Assembly: GCA_016212505.1 (NCBI GenBank)
Contig: JACRGB010000039.1
Span: forward strand, 1,590 to 65,589
Length of the DNA: 64,000 nt
Reading direction: 5' to 3'
Source of the DNA: Candidatus Micrarchaeota archaeon
Lineage (GTDB): Archaea > Micrarchaeota > Micrarchaeia > Anstonellales > Bilamarchaeaceae
Shown: piece after piece, positions 1 to 8,500 of the stretch
Layout of the letters: every line of letters begins with the position of its first letter
Position numbering within the stretch: position 1 is the stretch's first letter
Program-made: the position numbers and the translations under genes
The notes under the pieces: generated by a model
Told to the model about the DNA's origin: nothing
The model's input: only the letters and a program-made list of their open reading frames with translations
Database searches by the model: none

Positions 1-997
1 TTACTCCTCCGACTTCTTCTCCTGCAATTGCCCCAGGCTTTTTTACAAATTCCTCGCAAAGGTATGGCGCTCCAATTGCAGTGAATCTGGTTTTTGCCCC
101 ATATTTTTTTGCAACCTCTTCTGCTGCTTTGCTGGTTGCAACAGTGGTTATGATATCATTGTTTCGCTCGCCATTTGTTTTCTGCGCTGCTAATTTCCAA
201 ATGATTGAAAGTGCAAATACTTTATCTCCAATAACATAATTTCCTGTTTCATCAACAAAAATTACCCGGTCCCCATCCCCATCCCAGGCGATTCCTGCAT
301 CTGCTTTAGCGGTTTTTACTGCTGCAATTAGTTCCTTGACATTTGCTTCGGTCGGCTCCGAAGGCCGCCCTGGAAATCGTCCATCCATATGGGAATTAAT
401 TGTCAGGACATCCAATCCCAATTCGTTAAATAATTTTGGCGCAATTGTGCATGCTGCGCCATTGCCGCAATCAAGAACAATTTTGTTGTTTTTTATTTTC
501 GCTATTTTTTCGCTCGAAAGTACTTTTTTTATTGCATCGATATGATCCCTAACTGCAAGTTCGTATTTGCTAATTTTTCCTACTTTGTTCCACTCTGCGA
601 GTTTTATTTTGCTATCAAGCATTAATTTTTCAATTTCTTCCCCTCGTTCTTTCGAAACAGCAACCCCTTTTCCGTCAACAACTTTTAGTGCGTTCCACTC
701 GGGCGGATTATGCGATGCAGTAATAATTATGCACCCTGCTGCTTTGGTTTTTTCAATCATAAATTCTGCAGTTGGCGCACTAACTATTCCAAGATCAATA
801 ACTTCGCAGCCAACTGAAGAAAGTCCAGAAATTACTGCTGCATTCAGTGTTGGACCAGTTAATCTGCAATCACCTGCAACAAGAATCTTTCCAAATTTAA
901 AATAAGTTCCAATTGCTTGCGCTAGTTTCAATGTGAGGGTTGGATCAAGTTCATTGAATTTTCCTCTAACTCCGTTAGTACCGAAAAACTTAGCCAT
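1..997 (-). CDS. alpha-D-phosphohexomutase (phosphoglucosamine/phosphomannomutase family), C-terminus beyond window start
   Basis: Open minus-strand frame absent from the ORF track because no stop lies in the window. ATG at 997. Translation starts MAKFFGTNGVRGKFNE and contains the phosphoserine loop TASHNPPEWN and the metal loop WDGDGDR. Confidence 0.85.
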   Translation of the reverse strand, partial: MAKFFGTNGVRGKFNELDPTLTLKLAQAIGTYFKFGKILVAGDCRLTGPTLNAAVISGLSSVGCEVIDLGIVSAPTAEFMIEKTKAAGCIIITASHNPPEWNALKVVDGKGVAVSKERGEEIEKLMLDSKIKLAEWNKVGKISKYELAVRDHIDAIKKVLSSEKIAKIKNNKIVLDCGNGAACTIAPKLFNELGLDVLTINSHMDGRFPGRPSEPTEANVKELIAAVKTAKADAGIAWDGDGDRVIFVDETGNYVIGDKVFALSIIWKLAAQKTNGERNNDIITTVATSKAAEEVAKKYGAKTRFTAIGAPYLCEEFVKKPGAIAGEEVGGV

Positions 998-1095
998 AAA
1001 TATGAAATTGCAGATTGCGCCTTTAAAATCATTGCAAAGAAGACAAATTCCCACAACTAAACCATTTAAAATCTCTTCCTAACACTACCTATCAC

Positions 1096-2790
1096 ATGAG
1101 TGAACCTGGTAAAAAAACACCTCCTGGCCCTGCTGGCCGTCCTCTTACCAGTGCGGCAAAGCCAGCGGCAATAAGAGAAGCTGCAAGGCCTCCACTCCCT
1201 TCTGCCCCATATGCTGAAATTCAAGTTCTTGCCGAAGCTGCCAATGGTTCTCCAAGTGGTTCTTCTGCTCAACCTGTTCCTTCTCCAGCTTCTCCTCCTG
1301 TTTTGGCTGCAGGTGCAGGACCACATGACCACTCTCCCCGTGCATTTCAGAGAACTCCTTTTGTTTCAGGAGCTCAATTAGCCGCAATCCTGAGCGCTGA
1401 CCCATCAGTTTCAGTCCAAATTGTTGACTCGCAGCCTGTCCCACCTGACCCTTTAATCGGTCACGTATGCGAAGGGTATACCATAACTGGCATACTTGGA
1501 AGAGGAGGAATGGGAACGGTTTATCTTGGGGAAAATTCCTCCAATCCTACAACTCCTAAAATTGCAATCAAGGTTTATCAGCTTCCCCCGGAACTGGCTG
1601 CCATCCCCGCGGCGCTAAAAGAAGCAGAAGAGCGATTTTTACGCGAAGCGAGCGTTGCCCTCAAGCTTAGCCACCCAAATATTGTTCAAACATATGAAAT
1701 AATCAAGCTCGATGGCAGGCTAGGTTACACCATGGAGTATCTTCCTGGCGAAGATCTCGAAAGTTATTTAGAAAAAAACACCAAATTCCCTGTCGCTAAA
1801 GCAATCCGAATTGCCAAATCTGCAGCTAAAGCACTTGAAGCGATGCACCAGAAGAGCATAGTCCATAGGGATATAAAACCAAGCAATATTTTTTTGGTAT
1901 CAGGCACTGAAGAAGTAAAAGTTCTTGATTTGGGGTTGGCAAAACCTTTTGATAGGGCAATACCAACAAACCAAGCCCTCACCCGGCAAGGGACTGCTCT
2001 GGGTACCCCTGAATATATGTCCCCTGAAGCTGCAGTGGGTGCTGAAATTGACCAGCGGTCAGATGTCTATGCTTTGGGTGCTGTTCTTTACGTCCTTCTT
2101 TCGGGACGCTCGCCTTTCCGTGCTCCTAATGAGGATACTGTGACCTCAGCTGAATTATTGTCCCGTCATGTTAAATTAAAAGCAATCCCGCTAAATGATC
2201 TGGACCCAGCTATCCCAAAAAAGCTAAGTGATCTTGTCCAGCGCACATTGGAAAAACTACCACCCGCCCGGTTCCAGTCAATGGGTGAATTTCACGATGC
2301 ATTAACTGAATGTGAAAGAGCTCTCGGTTTAAGTGGCGATGAACCAATCTCAACACCTTCTGCAGAATCTACAGTTAACGCACCTAAAAGAAAATCTCCT
2401 TCCAGGTTGGTTGTTGGTTTAACCTTCGCTGGAGCATTGGCGACTATTGCAGGTTCATATTATGGTATCACTCACCTTGTGCGTTCCACAACTTCGCCTG
2501 CAGAAATAAACCTCCCGACCCCTTCAGTTGATCAGAATTCATTTCCGCTTTCCATAACCAATATTCAAGAAGGAACTGTTGTTGATTTAATCGATAGGGC
2601 TCCTGATGGAACCATTTTCAGAAGGAAACTGGGAGAATCTCCGCTTGTTAAGGTGGTGTTGTCTTCAGGAAAACACATAGTCCGCTTAAGTGCACCGGGC
2701 CGCATGCCAGTTTATTTGGACGTTTCTCGAGAAAATAGAGATTTTCAGAATCTTCCTCCACTCGAAGAACTCAAAATTTCAAATAAATAA
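1096..2790 (+). CDS. Hanks-type Ser/Thr protein kinase, membrane-anchored, with Pro/Ala-rich N-terminus and PEGA-like C-terminal domain
   Basis: Glycine loop GRGGMGTVYLG, catalytic loop HRDIKPSNIF, DLGLAK, and activation/P+1 segment GTPEYMSPE. One TM helix (LVVGLTFAGALATIAGSYYGI). The C-terminal segment GKHIVRLSAPGRMPVYLDV resembles a PEGA domain. Confidence 0.9.
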   Translation: MSEPGKKTPPGPAGRPLTSAAKPAAIREAARPPLPSAPYAEIQVLAEAANGSPSGSSAQPVPSPASPPVLAAGAGPHDHSPRAFQRTPFVSGAQLAAILSADPSVSVQIVDSQPVPPDPLIGHVCEGYTITGILGRGGMGTVYLGENSSNPTTPKIAIKVYQLPPELAAIPAALKEAEERFLREASVALKLSHPNIVQTYEIIKLDGRLGYTMEYLPGEDLESYLEKNTKFPVAKAIRIAKSAAKALEAMHQKSIVHRDIKPSNIFLVSGTEEVKVLDLGLAKPFDRAIPTNQALTRQGTALGTPEYMSPEAAVGAEIDQRSDVYALGAVLYVLLSGRSPFRAPNEDTVTSAELLSRHVKLKAIPLNDLDPAIPKKLSDLVQRTLEKLPPARFQSMGEFHDALTECERALGLSGDEPISTPSAESTVNAPKRKSPSRLVVGLTFAGALATIAGSYYGITHLVRSTTSPAEINLPTPSVDQNSFPLSITNIQEGTVVDLIDRAPDGTIFRRKLGESPLVKVVLSSGKHIVRLSAPGRMPVYLDVSRENRDFQNLPPLEELKISNK

Positions 2791-2831
2791 GTGTTTTAAT
2801 CTTTGCTTCCTAATACTTCGTTGGCGATTAT

Positions 2832-3194
2832 ATGGCACTTAAAGAAGAAGAAAAAATAACAAAAAAACCATTTGAAGATGCTAGTTTGGCAAAACCTGAT
2901 GTTCTTACTAAACCTTCGGCAGCTGCTCAGGCTGGAAAACCATATGCAGAAGTGCGCCCTAAAGCCGCCCGTGGGGAATCCACAACTACCTTAACCCTTT
3001 CTGGCGCCGCTTCCCAAAAAGGCAATGCTTATCCTGAAGTTACAACCATGCGTGGTGCAACTTCCCAGGCTGGAACTGCTGTGGAAGCTCCTGCCCCTAA
3101 GAGTGCAACCCCAGGAAAAGCTGAGCCCTACTCTGAAGTTACAACAATAGGTGAAAAATCAAAAACCAGAGAAAAAAAACCTCCCGGCGAATAA
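2832..3194 (+). CDS. small repeat protein with three P-Y-x-E-V motifs (hypothetical)
   Basis: 120-aa ORF 41 nt after the kinase. It has about 30-residue repeats centred on KPYAEV (Y38), NAYPEV (Y67) and EPYSEV (Y100). No TM helix, low complexity. Confidence 0.6.
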   Translation: MALKEEEKITKKPFEDASLAKPDVLTKPSAAAQAGKPYAEVRPKAARGESTTTLTLSGAASQKGNAYPEVTTMRGATSQAGTAVEAPAPKSATPGKAEPYSEVTTIGEKSKTREKKPPGE

Positions 3195-3261
3195 CTTCCG
3201 AAAAATACACAAAAAATGACCAGTCCCCACTATATTTATATTTTTTGGTTCTAATATCTTT

Positions 3262-4293
3262 GTGGCAAAAACAGAAAGTTCAAGATCCAGGTTGATTCTA
3301 AGGCGTCTACTCATAGGTGCAGCTGCATTAGTTGTTGGGGGTGCCGCAGCATTTGCTATTGATCAAATAAAAATCTCTGACCAAAAGCCTCCGATAGTTA
3401 AATCCGTAAAACCAGAAAAACGCAGGATCTGGTGTGATTTTGATCCCAAAGCTGATGGCATAATCGTTTCGGTCGAGAAGGCAACCAAAACCAAAGGGGC
3501 ATCGCTCACTGACTCTTACATTATCCCGTCCTCTTCTGTTTTTTCCGGAAGTAAACCGCTGGCCGCGCAATGCCATGAGGATGGGACCCTCTGGTGGCTA
3601 AATGATAAGCAGATCTACAGGCATACGATTACCCCTACCCCGAGCGGTTGTTGTGATGTCGAACTCAATCAGGCATTTCCACATACCTCTTCCTTTCCAG
3701 AATATGCGGCTCCTGGCGCCGGGGTTATTGCGGCTGCAATGTGGTGGCCAGCAAACCAGCCAAGCCCCTCGGTTGCTGAGGTTTCCAAAAACGGGCTTCT
3801 TCAAATATTTAAACCCCCGACCGATCAACCTGATATAGCAGAGCATTTCCTTTTGGAATTATCCGCTATTTTTAAAAACGAGGAAAGTTGGCCCCGCGAC
3901 CTTTCCCGGGTTGTTCTTGGTGTTACCGGCCATGATGGGTTTTCAATTATTCCGTTGGATCATCCTGCTCAAACTGCCGCTCAAAATGCAGATTCATCTT
4001 CGCCTTCTCCACCAAATAATATTGTTTTTAGGTATTACTTCCAATGGTCTGGTGGTTCATATTCTGGCGAGAAGCGAATCCGGCCGTGGGTTCTAAACCT
4101 TAGGGAACTTGAGCCTGACGCCAAGACAACTATAGCTGCTGAAGAAATTGTTTTCAATCCCATACGGGGCGGCTGGGTAACCAACCTGACTTTTTTAACT
4201 AATGATGGCAGGATAAGGCAAAGGGATGTCAATGTTGTTCCGCTTGACGTTTCAACAAAAGGCCAACCAAAAGACATGAGCAGTTCGGATTAG
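3262..4293 (+). CDS. hypothetical exported/anchored protein with twin-arginine-like signal
   Basis: GTG start. The N-terminus SRSRLILRRLLIGAAALVVGGAAAFA-ID has an RR plus hydrophobic core plus AxA pattern. The remainder matches no family I recognise. Confidence 0.55.
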   Translation: MAKTESSRSRLILRRLLIGAAALVVGGAAAFAIDQIKISDQKPPIVKSVKPEKRRIWCDFDPKADGIIVSVEKATKTKGASLTDSYIIPSSSVFSGSKPLAAQCHEDGTLWWLNDKQIYRHTITPTPSGCCDVELNQAFPHTSSFPEYAAPGAGVIAAAMWWPANQPSPSVAEVSKNGLLQIFKPPTDQPDIAEHFLLELSAIFKNEESWPRDLSRVVLGVTGHDGFSIIPLDHPAQTAAQNADSSSPSPPNNIVFRYYFQWSGGSYSGEKRIRPWVLNLRELEPDAKTTIAAEEIVFNPIRGGWVTNLTFLTNDGRIRQRDVNVVPLDVSTKGQPKDMSSSD

Positions 4294-4341
4294 TATTGCA
4301 TCGTTCTCCTCTACAACATTTTTAATTGAGTAATTCGATTT

Positions 4342-4908
4342 ATGTTTATGGAAATAACGATTCTCCGCCTTGGCCACCGCCTTCCTCGCGATGAGCGAAT
4401 CTCAACCCATGTAGCTTTAGTTGCACGGGCGTTTGGTGCAAGTTCATTTGTTTATTCTGGCCAAATTGATCATGGGCTAGAGGAAAGCATCGAGCGGATT
4501 TGTGAAAGTTGGGGCGGATCAGTAAATGGTTCCCTGTTTTCTGTTTGCTATGAAAAAAATCCGCTTTCGGTAATTAAAAAATTCAAAAAGAGCGGATTTG
4601 TAATTCTTCATTTGACTATGTACGGAGTTTCTATAACAAGCGCGCTCGAAAAAATAAAAATTAGCAAGGAAAAAGAAAAACTATTAATCATTGTCGGCTC
4701 GGAAAAAGTCCCTGGCGAAGTCTATCAATTAGCAGATTACAATATTAGCATAACCAACCAACCGCACAGCGAAGTTGCAGCTTTGGCAATCGCGCTCGAC
4801 CGCATCCAGGAAGGGAAAGAACTTAGCGAAAAAGGGTTTGATTTTAAGGGTAAAATAAAAATTGTGCCAACTGAAAAAGGGAAGAAGATTGTTGAAAATC
4901 AATCGTAA
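4342..4908 (+). CDS. trm56: tRNA (cytidine56-2'-O)-methyltransferase aTrm56 (SPOUT)
   Basis: The N-terminus ITILRLGHRLPRDERISTHVALVARAFGA matches the conserved aTrm56 motif. Size is about 185 aa. Confidence 0.8.
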   Translation: MFMEITILRLGHRLPRDERISTHVALVARAFGASSFVYSGQIDHGLEESIERICESWGGSVNGSLFSVCYEKNPLSVIKKFKKSGFVILHLTMYGVSITSALEKIKISKEKEKLLIIVGSEKVPGEVYQLADYNISITNQPHSEVAALAIALDRIQEGKELSEKGFDFKGKIKIVPTEKGKKIVENQS

Positions 4909-5162
4909 ATATTTTCCCTATGTCCTATTTCAAGTATAACTATTACTTTTTCATTTTCAAAAGTTTCATAAGTTACCCTATAATTCCCCATTCGCATTCT
5001 ATATCTGTGATAAGTTCCTTCAAGTTTTTTATATTTACGAACGAAAGGGCCTTCTTTCAATTGCGCTAAAGCTTTTAGTAATTTTTCTAAATCCGTTCTA
5101 AGTTTTAATTTCTTCAGAAACTTCTCAGCATTATTGGATAATCTTATTTCCCAATCACTCAT
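4899..5162 (-). CDS. relE: RelE/ParE-family type II toxin
   Basis: 87 aa. The C-terminal pattern YRMRMGNYRVTYE....VIVILEIGHRENIY is typical of RelE/ParE. It overlaps the upstream small ORF by 8 nt. Confidence 0.8.
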   Translation of the reverse strand: MSDWEIRLSNNAEKFLKKLKLRTDLEKLLKALAQLKEGPFVRKYKKLEGTYHRYRMRMGNYRVTYETFENEKVIVILEIGHRENIYD

Positions 5163-5379
5163 GAAGCTTCACTTCTAATTCCTGTGCGAGTTTATCCAAG
5201 GGCTTATAATTTTTCTTACTTCTTGCACTTATCCTGTTTAGGTTTTCAACTTCTTTTTTAGAAATAGCCTCAAAACCAATAAAATTCTCTATTTTTTGGT
5301 CTACCCTTTGAACTGTTTTTTCTATTTTTTTTAATTCTTCATATAGCATATTTAAAGTTACATTTTCCATAATCTTCAC
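5155..5379 (-). CDS. putative antitoxin of the RelE-type module
   Basis: 74-aa helical ORF directly upstream of the toxin and overlapping it. The call rests on position; no motif was recognised. Confidence 0.55.
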   Translation of the reverse strand: MKIMENVTLNMLYEELKKIEKTVQRVDQKIENFIGFEAISKKEVENLNRISARSKKNYKPLDKLAQELEVKLHE

Positions 5380-5513
5380 AACTAACTTATTTGTTTTTAG
5401 ACATTAAAAAGGTATGTTTTCATTAAACAAAACAGTTATAAACCGTCATAACCTGTGACATACTTTTATAATCTTATCCCGACACTATTTTTATCGAAAA
5501 TCATTGAGTCCTA

Positions 5514-8500
5514 GTGGATAAAATGGCTCTAATCAGAAGAAGGGATAAGGATGGGCAGGGGGCAGTAGGTGATCCCCTTTCTCACTCAACTCCCGTTCCA
5601 TCACCAAGATCTTCAAAATCAGCATTTTCAAGATGGTTTTCAAGTAGGGCTGTTGCGGCAGCAACTGCGATTGTACTTAGCATAACCAATATAAATGCAG
5701 GAATGCCTAATTTGGCATACGGTAAACCTCCTTCCGGAGGGAGTGCAGGAATTATGGCACCAGGTCCAACATTAGTTTCACAAACTGAAGCAGAACTACG
5801 GGCAAAAGCGCAAGAGGCAGTTTCTATTTTAGTTAGCTTTGTCTCTTCTGGTGGCAACGATTCACAGGGAAAATTTTACTCAAGATATTATGCGATATTC
5901 ACTGATCTTGTAACAAAATATAATATGGCAGATCCAATACAAAAAGTTGCATTTTATGATACTTTTAAACATGCATTTGAAAATAACTCTATTCTTTTTG
6001 ATTTTCAAAGCAGATACGCTGCAGATAAAGGACTTCTTGGAGCTGATCCGCTCCTTATCGGCACAATGCTTTTTGATTGTATCCGGATGATTGCACAAGG
6101 AAAAAGAGGGGACGCAGAAGCACAGTTTGGCCCTAATTTTGTTGCTAAAATCAACCAGATAATAGCGGTGCAGTCTTCACCAGTTCTGATTGATATACGT
6201 GCGAAAATGTCTTCTGGTCAACTAAGAGAAATAAACGAATTTTTCCAGAGAATGGGTCTTCCTGCATGTGCCCCTAAAGATAACGTCGCAATGATGCAAC
6301 TGGTGGATGCAACTACTTCGGCATTTGGTTTAACCGATCCAATTCAAGCAACCCAATTCCTAAATGCAGTTGTTTATGCTTATCTTTGGTTAAAAAGCGG
6401 GGAAAAACAAAGTTTTGAATACTGGGTCAGCCAATTAAAGGCCGATAGCAAAAAAGCACAGGAGCTTGCACAGAGGGCTCATTATGCATCAAAAGGTCCC
6501 GGCCAGCAATCATATGAAATTTTCTATTCGGAATATAAAAAATATTATGAAACCCCAGAAGCACAAATACCAAAAAAAGTTGATCAGTTTGAAGAATTAA
6601 AAAAACGCTATCCTCCTCATGTCCAAACTAGTGAGATGCATCTTGCCAAGCTGACAAAAATTTTTGAAACTTCACCTTCAGGTATGGTTTTGCAGGAAAT
6701 AGTAAATCGCTTCAATTTTGCCAGTGAAGCGGTTTTAGTTTTGGGGCAAGATCCATCAAGAAAGGCGGATCTTGCAAAATTTAAGGCAGAGCTTGATCCT
6801 CTTAGCAAATGGCTCGACAAATTTGACCTAAAAAAATTCATGGCAGAAGAGGCGCAGGCCCGAATGGAATTTCTTTCTGCACTTGGTATGGCAAAAATAG
6901 ACCCACGTATAGTATTTGAAGGGTATAAAACAAAACAGTTTGCAGCAATCGATGAATTAAATACACTTATTCAAAATAAGCGTTTTGCTGATGCAAGGGA
7001 AAAATTAACTGAAATTAAACAAGATCTCAATCCCCTTCGTGATATGCTGGCAAAAACCCCTGCAGCGCGCGAATGGGCAGATAAGATTGGCCAGCACCTT
7101 ACAGTTATAAAAACTTCCATTTCTTCTGCTTCGGTAACTAAAAAGGCAACAGATTCTCTATCAAGTTTAAGATCCAATTTCAATGAACTTTCTGCAAATG
7201 CGATAACAATTGTATTATTTGGTGAAAGTCAAAAACCAATATCAGAAAAACTTGCGGCATTTAAATCGTGCTTTATGAAAATCGATTCTGCTTATCTTCT
7301 TCTTGGAGATCCAAAACGATCGCAGATATTTTCATTATTCGGAGAATTAGAGGAAATAGCAGGCCAAAAACAACTTTACAACTTAGTCCTGGCTCATCTT
7401 TTTGCGCTTGATCAGGAAGTGGGCGAAATTTTCACCAACCTTGCAATTGCTGATCCTGATTTAATTGACAAGATGAAAAAACGCGTTGATAAGACTTTCT
7501 CTGCAGATCAAGTCCGAAAAGGCCAGGAAGCCTGGGCAAGAGATTATCATCAAATTGATGTAAGCCCGCTTCTTCTTGATAAAAACGTCCAGGATCTTCA
7601 TACGCGTGTTTCCAGTGCGGTCGCATCAGGAAAAGAATTCAAACCCGGTGATTTAACAACGGATGAAATCGTTATGCTGAAAAAAATGTATGGAGATTTA
7701 CCCCTTGAAGTCCAACTTAGACATTTCAACAATCATTTCAGGCCTCCATCAGAAGTTGACAATCAGCGATATGCAATTGCAGCCGCACTGCCTCCTATAA
7801 CTGCAGCCGCATTTTTCCAGTATGTAAAGACAGTTCAGGAAAATCATGTGGGTTCAGAATATGAGCGAAGGTCTGTTCGCGATACCATAATTTTCCTTAA
7901 TTCGGTAAATCCCATTCTTGTACCAAAATACCTTGCTGCAATAAAAGCAGTGGCAGAATCCTGTGCAAATGCCCCAGACACATATTCGCAGTCGCTCGAT
8001 ATGATACATGCTGGTACAAGAACGGTAGCAGGCCTTGCAGATCCCCTAAACCCAATAAACAGAGGCGCACTAATTGATGTTCGCAGAGTTATTGATGAAC
8101 TTGGTGATGCATTTAATTATATAAGAAGATCAGTTGCTTCAGGAAACCTAATCTATGACCGGCTTGACCTTTTGGATAGGACAATTTATCTTCTTCCGCA
8201 AGAGCCGCATTATATTCTTCATAAGCCATGGGCACTTAAGCCGCCTTTGATAGCCCCAGGTTATGGAGTTCCAGGCGGGTTTTATCCAAGCCCTTTCCCA
8301 AGACTGCTTACTCTTCCGGCACCAATTATTCCAGTAACTTCAGGAAGGGCTAACCTAAGTCCAGGCACAATCTATACTCCTGAAAGCGCAGCAATTGTTC
8401 CAACTACAATTATTCCTTCTTTATATATTAACACTTTTGCAGCTTCAACAGTTGCTAATGCAAGAAGTTGGTTTTATCCGACTCATACTCCAGTAACTAT

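Noticed and set aside
1204-3140. Reading the P-Y-x-E-V repeats as bona fide EPIYA/SH2-type phosphotyrosine motifs
   Set aside because: The adjacent kinase has a Ser/Thr-type catalytic loop (HRDIKPSN) and a GTPEYMSPE P+1 loop. No SH2-like or tyrosine phosphatase gene is seen. The observation is kept only as a repeated linear motif of unknown modification state.
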